64,000 bases of DNA from Actinomycetota bacterium (GTDB lineage Bacteria; Actinomycetota; UBA4738). The notes below the pieces were generated by a model, which was not told the origin of the DNA, did no database searches, and saw only the letters and a program-made list of their open reading frames with translations. The translations under genes and the position numbers were made by a program. This document shows positions 37,466-45,336 of the stretch, one piece after another (within the stretch, counting starts at the first letter, position 1; every line of letters begins with the position of its first letter). Location: positions 6,700-70,699 of the forward strand of contig JBOGVA010000056.1 of the NCBI GenBank assembly GCA_050692195.1, in the 5' to 3' direction.

Positions 37466-37939
37466 TTGGGGCGTGAATTGAACAGACGACTGTTTGTGCT
37501 GGTGGGGGTGGCAGTGGTAGCTGTGGTCGTAGGGCTGATCACTGTCGCTGCGGTCCTTAGTTCCACCCCAAGCGGTGCTCGGGAGGTTGACGCCCGCGCC
37601 ACTTGCTTCGGTCAGCCAGCCCATGTGGGAAATGACCAGGACAACACGATGAAGGGAAGTGTGGGCGACGACGTCCTTCATAGACAGACCGGCAACGACG
37701 CGATCAGTGGAGATGGGGGCGAGGACCTACTCTGTGGAGGAACCGGCCACGATGGTCTTCATGGCGGAGAAGAGAGCGACTGGTTGCGAGGTAACTCGGG
37801 GAACGACACGTTGCTGGGCGGAGCGGGTGACGACGTGCTGGTGGGCGACTCGGGGATTGATGAGCTCCATGGCGGGCCGGGATTCGACGTCTGCATCGGC
37901 GGAGAAGAGCACTCAGGCTGCGAGATCATCAGTCCGTAA
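37466..37939 (+). CDS. membrane-anchored hemolysin-type (RTX) calcium-binding repeat protein
   Basis: N-terminal TM LFVLVGVAVVAVVVGLITVAAVL. At least 5 GGxGxD nonapeptides (GGTGHDGLH, GNSGNDTLL, GGAGDDVLV, GDSGIDELH, GGPGFDVCI). TTG start. Confidence 0.6.
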   Translation: MGRELNRRLFVLVGVAVVAVVVGLITVAAVLSSTPSGAREVDARATCFGQPAHVGNDQDNTMKGSVGDDVLHRQTGNDAISGDGGEDLLCGGTGHDGLHGGEESDWLRGNSGNDTLLGGAGDDVLVGDSGIDELHGGPGFDVCIGGEEHSGCEIISP

Positions 37940-38018
37940 CCGACCGGCGAGGCCGCCCCTGCAAGCCGTTGACGATGCCACTCCCCGGAGCTACCTTGGT
38001 CATTGGACGGAGTCACGG

Positions 38019-38495
38019 ATGCTCAAGGTCTCTCAGAAAACCGAGTACGCCATGCGAGCCCTGGTGGAGCTGGCGATGCGCAGGTCGAAGCTCGGTGACG
38101 CGCTGGTTCCGGCCCGGACTCTGGCCGAAGCCCAGCACATCCCCCTGCGCTTTCTCGAGCAGCAACTCGGAGTGCTGCACAAGGCCGGGCTGGTCGAGAG
38201 CTTCCGCGGTGCGGGAGGGGGATGCCGGTTGGCCAGGGACCCTTCGGAGATCCGAGTGGCCGAGGTGGTGGACGCCATCGAGGGGCCCATGTACCCCATG
38301 TACTGCCTGAACGAGGAGGATCACACCTGCTTCGCCGACGGGCGGTGCGGGCTCCAGGAGCTATGGGGGGATGTTCATCTGGCGATTAGGCGTGTGTTCG
38401 AGACGACCACTCTGGCGGATCTGGCCGACCGGCACCGCAAGCTCGCTGTGCCTCCCGTCTGGACACCCAGCGAGTTGCTTCGTCCCAGGGGCTGA
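38019..38495 (+). CDS. Rrf2-family transcriptional regulator with a three-Cys cluster
   Basis: MLKVSQKTEYAMRALVELA...IPLRFLEQQLGVLHKAGLVESFRGAGGGCRLA, plus C-x7-C-x5-C (CLNEEDHTCFADGRC). Start at the internal ATG 38019. Confidence 0.85.
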   Translation: MLKVSQKTEYAMRALVELAMRRSKLGDALVPARTLAEAQHIPLRFLEQQLGVLHKAGLVESFRGAGGGCRLARDPSEIRVAEVVDAIEGPMYPMYCLNEEDHTCFADGRCGLQELWGDVHLAIRRVFETTTLADLADRHRKLAVPPVWTPSELLRPRG

Positions 38496-38517
38496 CGCTT
38501 CCTGGTGGCGCTCCGGG

Positions 38518-38673
38518 CTAGGATGCGGCCTTGCCCAGGATGCGCATGACGGTCGTGCCGCACACCGGACACTTGCCCTTCGCGGCCCTCCGCCCGTTCT
38601 TCAGGGTGGTTTCCTCGCCCTCGAACTGGCGCTTCGCTTTGCACTTCACGCAGTAGGCCTCGTACTGAGCCAT
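38518..38673 (-). CDS. 51-aa zinc-ribbon protein (DUF5679-like); below the ORF-track length cut-off
   Basis: Hand translation: MAQYEAYCVKCKAKRQFEGEETTLKNGRRAAKGKCPVCGTTVMRILGKAAS. Strong SD GAGGAGGTG lies 6 nt upstream of the ATG. It has CxxC...CxxC. Confidence 0.65.
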   Translation of the reverse strand: MAQYEAYCVKCKAKRQFEGEETTLKNGRRAAKGKCPVCGTTVMRILGKAAS

Positions 38674-38853
38674 CGGTCACCTCCTCTCTTCTGTCCCCGC
38701 CGGCCTGAGGCCTGGTCCGCCCTCAGACAGGCTTCGAGGCCGCCCCCACGGCGGCCTCGTGCTCAATTCTCGGCTTCGAGGACGACTTCTTCAAGCACGC
38801 TGGAGCATGAGGTCCGTTCACAAGCGCACAAGCTCGCACGAGCGCCCGCCCCC

Positions 38854-39585
38854 TCAGGCTGCCTGGAGGACTCCTATGAGGTTGGCTCGAAGGTCCTTGA
38901 GACGGTCGAACCTGCGTACGAGGCGCTGGTAGGAGATCCCAGCCCGATATGCCAGTGGATGAAACGCCAGGTACGCGGGTTTCGGCTCGAATAGCTCCAG
39001 CTCCTGGATGCGAAAGCCGGTCGACGCGGCGATGCGGGTGAGTGAACGGCGATCGTTTGCCCTGTAGAAGGTCTCGAACGCGTGCTCCTGGACACCCCTT
39101 TGCCGGTTGAACCACACGTGGAACCGATGAGGCGTGAGCTTGGCGGCGAGAGGAACATAGTGGAAGCGATTCGGTGTATGGAACACGAGATGTCCACCGC
39201 CTTTCAGGATTCGCCTGAGCTCCGAGAAGACCTCTTCGGGCCGCTCGAGGTGCTCGAATACGTATTTGGCGGCCACCAGGTCGAACGTCGAATCTGCGAA
39301 GGGCAGCCTGGCGAGGTCTCCGAGCACGGCATGGTCGAGAAGCGTGTTCTCCCTGATGCCGGCGTCCAGGTCGATCCCGACCACGAGCCTCGAATGGCGC
39401 TTGTAGTCGTGATGAAACGCGCTTCCTCGGCCCGCTCCGGCATCCAATAGGAGGTGTTGGCTCTCGAGGTATCGCCGGACCGCTCGGTCGAACCTTGCGT
39501 GCTCGTCGACGAAGTCTCGGTAGAACTCTCTGTCCAGCTCGGCGATCGTGGTCATGAGCCAAGCGTTGCCTTTCCAGAATAACAT
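38854..39585 (-). CDS. class I SAM-dependent methyltransferase
   Basis: Motif I LLDAGAGRGS and motif FDLVAAKYVFEHL. An alternative start is ATG 39555. Confidence 0.8.
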   Translation of the reverse strand: MLFWKGNAWLMTTIAELDREFYRDFVDEHARFDRAVRRYLESQHLLLDAGAGRGSAFHHDYKRHSRLVVGIDLDAGIRENTLLDHAVLGDLARLPFADSTFDLVAAKYVFEHLERPEEVFSELRRILKGGGHLVFHTPNRFHYVPLAAKLTPHRFHVWFNRQRGVQEHAFETFYRANDRRSLTRIAASTGFRIQELELFEPKPAYLAFHPLAYRAGISYQRLVRRFDRLKDLRANLIGVLQAA

Positions 39586-39624
39586 TGACCGGTTCCGGGC
39601 CCTTCTGACGACAGGAGAACGTGC

Positions 39625-41586
39625 ATGAGCGAAGTGGAAGCGACCATCGACGCCCTTCTATCGGAGAAGCGCGTGTTCGAGCCCTCGGCTGATTTCCGCA
39701 GCCGGGCCTTGTGGAGGGACCCGGCCATCCACGATCGGGCCGCGAAGGACCCCGAGGGGTTCTGGGCCGAGCAGGCCGAGCACCTCGACTGGTTCCAGGA
39801 GTGGGATCAGGTGATGGAGTGGAACCCTCCGTGGGTGAAGTGGTTCCTCGGGGGCAAGCTCAACGTGGCTTACAACTGCCTGGATCGTCACGTCAACTCG
39901 GGCGGTGGCGACAAGGTCGCCTACTTCTGGGAGGGCGAGCCCGGCGACGAGCGGGTCATCACCTATCGGGAGCTGTACGAGGAAGTGTGTCGGTTCGCCA
40001 ACGGCCTTAAGTCGCTGGACGTCCGGAGGGGGGATCGGGTCGCCATCTACCTCGGGATGATCCCGGAGCTCCCCGTGGCCATGCTGGCCTGCGCCCGGGT
40101 CGGCGCCGCACATTCCGTTGTGTTCGGAGGCTTCGCCGCCGCGGCGCTGAGGGACCGGATCAACGACGCCGAGGCGAAGGTCCTGATCACTGCCGACGGC
40201 GGATACCGGCGAGGCCAGGTCGTGCCGCTCAAGCAGAACGCCGAGGAGGCCCTGGCGGAATGCCCCACCATCGAGCATGTCGTGACGGTCAAGCGGACGG
40301 GAGGCGATCACCCCTTCACCCAGGGCCGGGACGTCTGGTACCACGATCTGGTCGAGGGCCAGTCGGCGGAGTGCCCTGCCGAGGACATGGATGCGGAGGA
40401 CATGCTGTACATCCTCTACACATCAGGGACGACGGGGAAGCCCAAGGGGATCGTCCACACCACCGGCGGCTACTTGACCGGGGTAGCCGCGACCCACAAG
40501 TACATCTTCGACATCCACGACGACGACGTGTTCTGGTGCGCGGCCGACATCGGCTGGGTGACCGGGCACTCCTACATCGTGTACGGGCCGCTCGCCAACC
40601 ACACCACCGGGATCATCTACGAGGGAGCTCCCGACTGGCCAGACAAAGATCGGTGGTGGTCGATCGTCGAGAAGCGAAAGGCGACCATTCTGTACACGGC
40701 CCCGACCGCCATCCGAGCCTTCACGAGGTGGGGAACGGACTATCCGCAGAAGCACGACCTGTCCTCGCTTCGCCTGTTGGGAACGGTGGGGGAGCCGATC
40801 AACCCCGAGGCATGGGTCTGGTACTGGGAGTACATCGGCACCGAGCGCTGCCCCATCGTCGATACGTGGTGGCAGACGGAGACCGGCCAGATCCTGATCA
40901 CGCCGCTCCCGGGTATCACTCCGCTCAAGCCCGGGTCGGCCACCAGGCCGTTTCCCGGAGTGGACGCAGACATCTACGACGAGCAGGGCAATCCCGTTCC
41001 GGCCGGACGGGGCGGCTATCTCGTGCTCAAGCGACCGTGGCCGGCGCAGTTCCGCACGATCTACAAAGATCCAGACCGGTACGTGCAGACATACTTCTCC
41101 CGCTACGGCGAGTCGACATACCTGACCGGTGACGGGGCGAAGCGAGACGAGGACGGTTACTTCTGGCTCCTCGGACGCATCGACGACGTCATGAACGTGG
41201 CCGGCCATCGAATATCCACGTACGAGGTCGAGTCTGCCCTGGTCGACAACGAAAGAGTGGCCGAGGCCGCGGTCGTGGGGAAGTCCGACCCGGACGTCGG
41301 TCAGGCGATCGTGGCGTTTGTGACCCTCAAGGGTGGATACGTGGGGGACGAATCGGTCGCCGCCCAGCTCAGGGAGCACGTGGCGAAGCTGATCGGCAAG
41401 ATCGCCCGGCCCCACTCGATCATCTTCACCGAGGACCTGCCCAAGACTCGCTCCGGCAAGATCATGCGGAGGCTGCTGCGGGATGTCGCGGAGGACCGCT
41501 CGCTGGGGGACGTCACCACGCTCGCCAATGCCGAGATCGTCGACCAGATCCGGGAGTTGTCGGTGGCCCGCGCAGGAGAGGAGTAG
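39625..41586 (+). CDS. acs: acetyl-coenzyme A synthetase
   Basis: 653 aa. YTSGTTGKPKG, WWQTETG and PKTRSGKIMRR motifs. SD AGGAGA upstream. Confidence 0.95.
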   Translation: MSEVEATIDALLSEKRVFEPSADFRSRALWRDPAIHDRAAKDPEGFWAEQAEHLDWFQEWDQVMEWNPPWVKWFLGGKLNVAYNCLDRHVNSGGGDKVAYFWEGEPGDERVITYRELYEEVCRFANGLKSLDVRRGDRVAIYLGMIPELPVAMLACARVGAAHSVVFGGFAAAALRDRINDAEAKVLITADGGYRRGQVVPLKQNAEEALAECPTIEHVVTVKRTGGDHPFTQGRDVWYHDLVEGQSAECPAEDMDAEDMLYILYTSGTTGKPKGIVHTTGGYLTGVAATHKYIFDIHDDDVFWCAADIGWVTGHSYIVYGPLANHTTGIIYEGAPDWPDKDRWWSIVEKRKATILYTAPTAIRAFTRWGTDYPQKHDLSSLRLLGTVGEPINPEAWVWYWEYIGTERCPIVDTWWQTETGQILITPLPGITPLKPGSATRPFPGVDADIYDEQGNPVPAGRGGYLVLKRPWPAQFRTIYKDPDRYVQTYFSRYGESTYLTGDGAKRDEDGYFWLLGRIDDVMNVAGHRISTYEVESALVDNERVAEAAVVGKSDPDVGQAIVAFVTLKGGYVGDESVAAQLREHVAKLIGKIARPHSIIFTEDLPKTRSGKIMRRLLRDVAEDRSLGDVTTLANAEIVDQIRELSVARAGEE

Positions 41587-41589
41587 GAC

Positions 41590-42066
41590 TCAGAGACCGA
41601 GCTGCTCCAGCGCGGCGGCGATGAGGCGGTCGTGCTCGCGCCCGTAACGCGGCTCGCGCCCTTCTCGAAGTCTGGCCAGAGCCTCGTGGGGGCCGTACCA
41701 CGTCGGTGAGCGGTGGTTCTCGTGGGTGCCCGGTGGGCTATCCGGGAGAACCTCCATCAGGTAGGCCTCCACGCACACCTCCTGGGGCGTCTGTAAGGGG
41801 CCCCAGGCTGGATAGCGATACCGGGTGAGCGGGCCGCCCGCCACACACCCGGTGACCCCTGCCTCCTCCCGCGCCTCCCGGGAGGCGGCCTCGCCGGGCG
41901 ACTCCCCGGGCTTGATCTTCCCCTTAGGGAAGGTCCACGTGCGGCGGGACTTCGTCCTGACCAAGAGGAACTGCACGCCGTTGGCGCCTCCCCGGAAACA
42001 GATCGCCGCCGCTCTCAGAGGGAGGCGAGGCGGGCTCTCTGTGTCGGTCGGGCAGTCGTCCATCAC
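41590..42066 (-). CDS. NUDIX hydrolase
   Basis: Nudix box GKIKPGESPGEAASREAREEAGV. Confidence 0.85.
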   Translation of the reverse strand: MMDDCPTDTESPPRLPLRAAAICFRGGANGVQFLLVRTKSRRTWTFPKGKIKPGESPGEAASREAREEAGVTGCVAGGPLTRYRYPAWGPLQTPQEVCVEAYLMEVLPDSPPGTHENHRSPTWYGPHEALARLREGREPRYGREHDRLIAAALEQLGL

Positions 42067-42112
42067 AACTCTCCACTGTTCCAGGGCGGCGTTCGGCCGT
42101 ACACTCCTGAGT

Positions 42113-42757
42113 ATGCGAGTTCTGAACGGACGACGACTACGGGAGCTGGACGTAGGTTAGTTCGCCGAGCTGACCGCCCGGTGCGCCGGAACCGCGCTCG
42201 ACCTGGGGACGGGGGACGGCGCGTTCGTCCTGCGCCGGGCGGGCACCGATCCTGATCTCTTCGTAGTGGGGGTCGACGCGAACGCTGCGTCGATGCGTGA
42301 GGCATCGCGCCGCGCCGCCGGCCCTCCGCGTGGTGGCGGACTCCCGAACGCCCTGTTCGTGGTGGCCGCGGCCGAGTCCCTGCCCGCTGAGCTGCGGGGC
42401 TTCGCGGACGAGGTGACCGTGCATTTTCCCTGGGGCTCGCTTCTTCGCGGCGTTGTCCAAGCCGAACCGTCGATCGTTGACGGATTGCTCCGGGTGACCC
42501 GTCCCGGAGGAAGCATCTCGATGCTGCTATCGGTCACTGAGAACGACCGTGAGTCCGGCGTTGCCCCCCTGGACGGTGCTGCCGTCGAGGCGCTCGCTCC
42601 TCGATATGCCGAGCACGGGCTGGGATTGGCCGAGGGCCGGTCGGCCACCTCGCGTGAGATCGCCGAAGCCCATTCCACTTGGGCCAAGCGGCTCGCCGCC
42701 GGCCCGCGGCGAGAGGTCTGGCTGCTGCGATTCAGGCGGAGCCGAGATCGTTCTTAA
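42113..42757 (+). pseudogene. KamB/NpmA-family 16S rRNA (adenine1408-N1)-methyltransferase homologue interrupted by an in-frame TAG at codon 16
   Basis: ATG 42113 gives MRVLNGRRLRELDVG, then TAG (42158-42160), then FAELTARCAGTALDLGTGDG...GGLPNALFVVAAAESLP...HFPWGSLLRGV...TWAKRLAAG, all in the same frame. No ATG/GTG/TTG lies between the TAG and GTG 42266, which is downstream of the SAM-binding GxGxG. Confidence 0.6.
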
Positions 42758-43940
42758 GGATCGCGCCGCCCTTCATGACGAAGGCGACCCGGGTCAGCTC
42801 GCGGACGTCCTCCAGGGGGTTTCCCCGGCAGCCGATGACGTCGGCGTACTTCCCGGGCTCGAGGGTCCCCAGGTTCCCGTCCTGACGAAGGAGCATCGCC
42901 GCGTTCAAGGTCGCCGCCCGGATGCTGGCCGCCGGGCTCATCCCGGCCTCCTCGACCATGCGAACGCACTCATCGGCGTTGCCGCCGTGATGGTTGCCCG
43001 GGGTTCCGGCATCCGTTCCCATGGCGACGGGGACCCCCAGCCGGTGGGCGTCTCGGACCATCTGGATGTGAACACCCTGAGTGCGCTCCAAGCGATCGCG
43101 GATGTGCGCAGGCATGGCCTCCAGCAGCGCCGCGTCTCGCTCCGCCGACGGCGACGCGCAGAGGGTGGGGACCAGGAACGTTCCACGATCGGCCATCTCT
43201 CTGAGAACGGGCTCGTCGGCAAAGGTCCCGTGCTCGATGCTGCTCACCCCGGCCCGGACCGCGTTCTCGATCCCCTCACGGGCATGCGCGTGCGCCGCCA
43301 CGTGCACGCCCTTTCCTTCGGCCGTCTCCACCAGCACACGGAGCTCATCCGGCGTGAACTGGGCCTCGCCGGCGTCTTCGTCCTCCGGCGAGAGCATCGC
43401 CCCGGTAGCCATCACCTTGATGAGGTCGGCGCCCCGATCGATCTGTTGCTTCACGGCGGCTCGCACGTCGTTCGAGCCCCGCACGACCTCGTACATGCCC
43501 GGGTAGTAACGGTCGGCGGGCGTGGGGACCGAGAGCAATCGGCCGGCCAGGAACATCCGCGGTCCGGATCGATGACCACCCTCGATCCGCGTACGCAGGT
43601 CCATCTCTATGTAGTTCCAGCCACCCACGTCGCGGACGGTGGTGACCCCTGCGAACAGGGTTCGCTCAGCTGCCCCTTCGGCGTACCGTGCAATCTCGCC
43701 GTCGTTTCTGGAAGCGTTCAGCGACGGGTCGGCTTCCTCAGACCGTGCGACCAGATGGACGTGGCAGTCGATGAGCCCCGGGAGCAGATACAGGCCAGCG
43801 GCGTGGATGACCTCATCCCCGCCGGCAGGCTTGCCGGCGGGAGGAGCCTCCGCGATCCGCTCGCCCTGGATCGCGACGTCGGCCCGCCGGAATGTCCCGG
43901 CCTCCATGTCGTACACCGAGCCGTCGAGGATCCACTTCAT
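42732..43940 (-). CDS. metal-dependent amidohydrolase-family protein
   Basis: MKWILDGSVYD..., LLPGLIDCHVHL and further His/Asp ligand regions. ATG 43940 is preferred, because the ORF-track start 44012 would be encoded by the operator palindrome. Confidence 0.85.
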   Translation of the reverse strand: MKWILDGSVYDMEAGTFRRADVAIQGERIAEAPPAGKPAGGDEVIHAAGLYLLPGLIDCHVHLVARSEEADPSLNASRNDGEIARYAEGAAERTLFAGVTTVRDVGGWNYIEMDLRTRIEGGHRSGPRMFLAGRLLSVPTPADRYYPGMYEVVRGSNDVRAAVKQQIDRGADLIKVMATGAMLSPEDEDAGEAQFTPDELRVLVETAEGKGVHVAAHAHAREGIENAVRAGVSSIEHGTFADEPVLREMADRGTFLVPTLCASPSAERDAALLEAMPAHIRDRLERTQGVHIQMVRDAHRLGVPVAMGTDAGTPGNHHGGNADECVRMVEEAGMSPAASIRAATLNAAMLLRQDGNLGTLEPGKYADVIGCRGNPLEDVRELTRVAFVMKGGAILKNDLGSA

Positions 43941-43992
43941 GAAGACGTCGGGAGGATACGTGAAGGGTCCTCGGCGAGGCCCTGCGACCTTA

Positions 43993-44010
43993 GATAGCAA
44001 ACTTGCTATC
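43993..44010 (+). promoter_or_regulatory. palindromic operator candidate (GATAGCAA-AC-TTGCTATC) immediately upstream of the XRE-family gene
   Basis: Perfect 8+8 inverted repeat read directly. It ends 3 nt before the ATG at 44013. Confidence 0.45.
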
Positions 44011-44012
44011 AT

Positions 44013-44330
44013 ATGCCCACGATGAACGCCGACCGGGTGCTCTTGCAGGCGAGGAAGCGGGCAGGTCTCAGCCAGCGCGACCTAGCCGCCCGTGCCGGGA
44101 TGCCTCAGTCGGCTATCGCCAGGATCGAGAAGGGCGTCGTCCTACCGAGGGTCGACACGCTCGATCGGCTACTCGCTGGATGCAACGAGGCTCTCGAGAG
44201 CCGGCCAAGGCTCGGCCGAGGGGTGGATCGGACCGCCATCCGACAGCTACTTCGCTTGACGCCCGGGGAGCGCGCTCGTCTGGCCGCCGCGGAAGCGGCG
44301 AACCTGGTGAGAGCTCTCGCAAGAAGGTGA
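44013..44330 (+). CDS. XRE-family helix-turn-helix protein (antitoxin-like)
   Basis: LLQARKRAGLSQRDLAARAGMPQSAIARIEKGVVLPRVDTLDRLL is a Cro/C1-type HTH. 105 aa. The stop lies 1 nt from the next start. Confidence 0.8.
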   Translation: MPTMNADRVLLQARKRAGLSQRDLAARAGMPQSAIARIEKGVVLPRVDTLDRLLAGCNEALESRPRLGRGVDRTAIRQLLRLTPGERARLAAAEAANLVRALARR

Positions 44331-44331
44331 G

Positions 44332-44862
44332 ATGAGTCGCGAGGCGATCCGGCCCTTCGACCCCCTCAAAGCCCTTCGGAGCCTCGTCGAGCATCGCGTG
44401 CGGTTCGTCCTGATCGGTGGGTTCGGTGCACGCTTGCATGGATCCCCGACGGTAACCAACGAGCTCGATCTCTGCTACGCGAGAGAAGTGGACAATCTCG
44501 AGGCGCTTGCTGCGGCCCTCCTCGAGCTGGAGGCGCGTCTTCCGGGAGCGCCTCCAGACGCTCCCTTCCTGCTCGATGCCAAGACACTGAAGGCGGGAGA
44601 CCGCTTCACGTTCACGACCAGCGCCGGAAGCCTGGACGTCCTCGGCACGCCATCGGGAGTGTCGGGATTCGACGAGCTTGATCGTGCAGCGACAGAGATG
44701 GATCTGGACGGACTCCGTGTTCGCGTCGCCTCGATCGACGACCTGATCCGGATGAAGCAAGCGGCCGCCCGCCCAAAGGACTTGATCGAGGTGGAGGTCT
44801 TGGGCGCGCTCCGCGAGGAGATCGACGCGGCAGGAGCGAGGGGGCGCCGCCGTCCACCGTAA
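44332..44862 (+). CDS. putative minimal nucleotidyltransferase-fold protein (toxin-like partner of the XRE gene)
   Basis: 176 aa. FVLIGGFGARLHGSPTVTNELDL resembles the hG[GS]-x9-13-[DE]hDh NTase signature. Family not identified by eye. Confidence 0.45.
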   Translation: MSREAIRPFDPLKALRSLVEHRVRFVLIGGFGARLHGSPTVTNELDLCYAREVDNLEALAAALLELEARLPGAPPDAPFLLDAKTLKAGDRFTFTTSAGSLDVLGTPSGVSGFDELDRAATEMDLDGLRVRVASIDDLIRMKQAAARPKDLIEVEVLGALREEIDAAGARGRRRPP

Positions 44863-44888
44863 CGCCGCTGCGTGTCCGATGCCCTCTT

Positions 44889-45278
44889 TCAGGCGTTGGT
44901 ATCGGCGCCCGGGTTGTCCTTGGATGGATCGGTGCTCGAATCCCGTCGACCGGTGCGCTTCCGGATCCCCTCACCAAGCGCTCCGAAGGTTGTGTCCAGG
45001 GCTTGCCCCAGCGAGCGCGTCGCGCGATTCAAGGTCTTCTTCGTCTCTGGATCGCGAAGCGCATTCCCCAGGCCAGTGAAGGCTTGGTCGAGCTGATCGA
45101 CCGCTTTCCTGACAGCCTCGGTGGCCGTCTGGCGCTGGGCGGCTCCCGCCGACCTCGTGTCCTCGCCCAACTTGCGATAGTGCTCTCCGATGCGACGCCC
45201 GACGTCCGAGAAGTCCTTCCCGACTTCGTCCCAGGCCTTCCGGGTTTCTTTGTCGTCCTGTCCTGATGTCTCGCCCAT
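44889..45278 (-). CDS. hypothetical helical, charged small protein
   Basis: 129 aa. SD GAGGTGG upstream of the ATG. No family recognised. Confidence 0.5.
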   Translation of the reverse strand: MGETSGQDDKETRKAWDEVGKDFSDVGRRIGEHYRKLGEDTRSAGAAQRQTATEAVRKAVDQLDQAFTGLGNALRDPETKKTLNRATRSLGQALDTTFGALGEGIRKRTGRRDSSTDPSKDNPGADTNA

Positions 45279-45336
45279 CTGTGGCCCACCTCTCGGCGTT
45301 GACTCAGTCTCTCAAGATGTGGCTCCTCAACGAGCT

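Noticed and set aside
42158-42160. The in-frame TAG in the methyltransferase as programmed recoding, such as pyrrolysine or read-through.
   Set aside because: No pyl genes or recoding signals are visible in the window. A point mutation (GAG to TAG) or a sequencing error is a far simpler explanation. Recorded as a pseudogene candidate instead.
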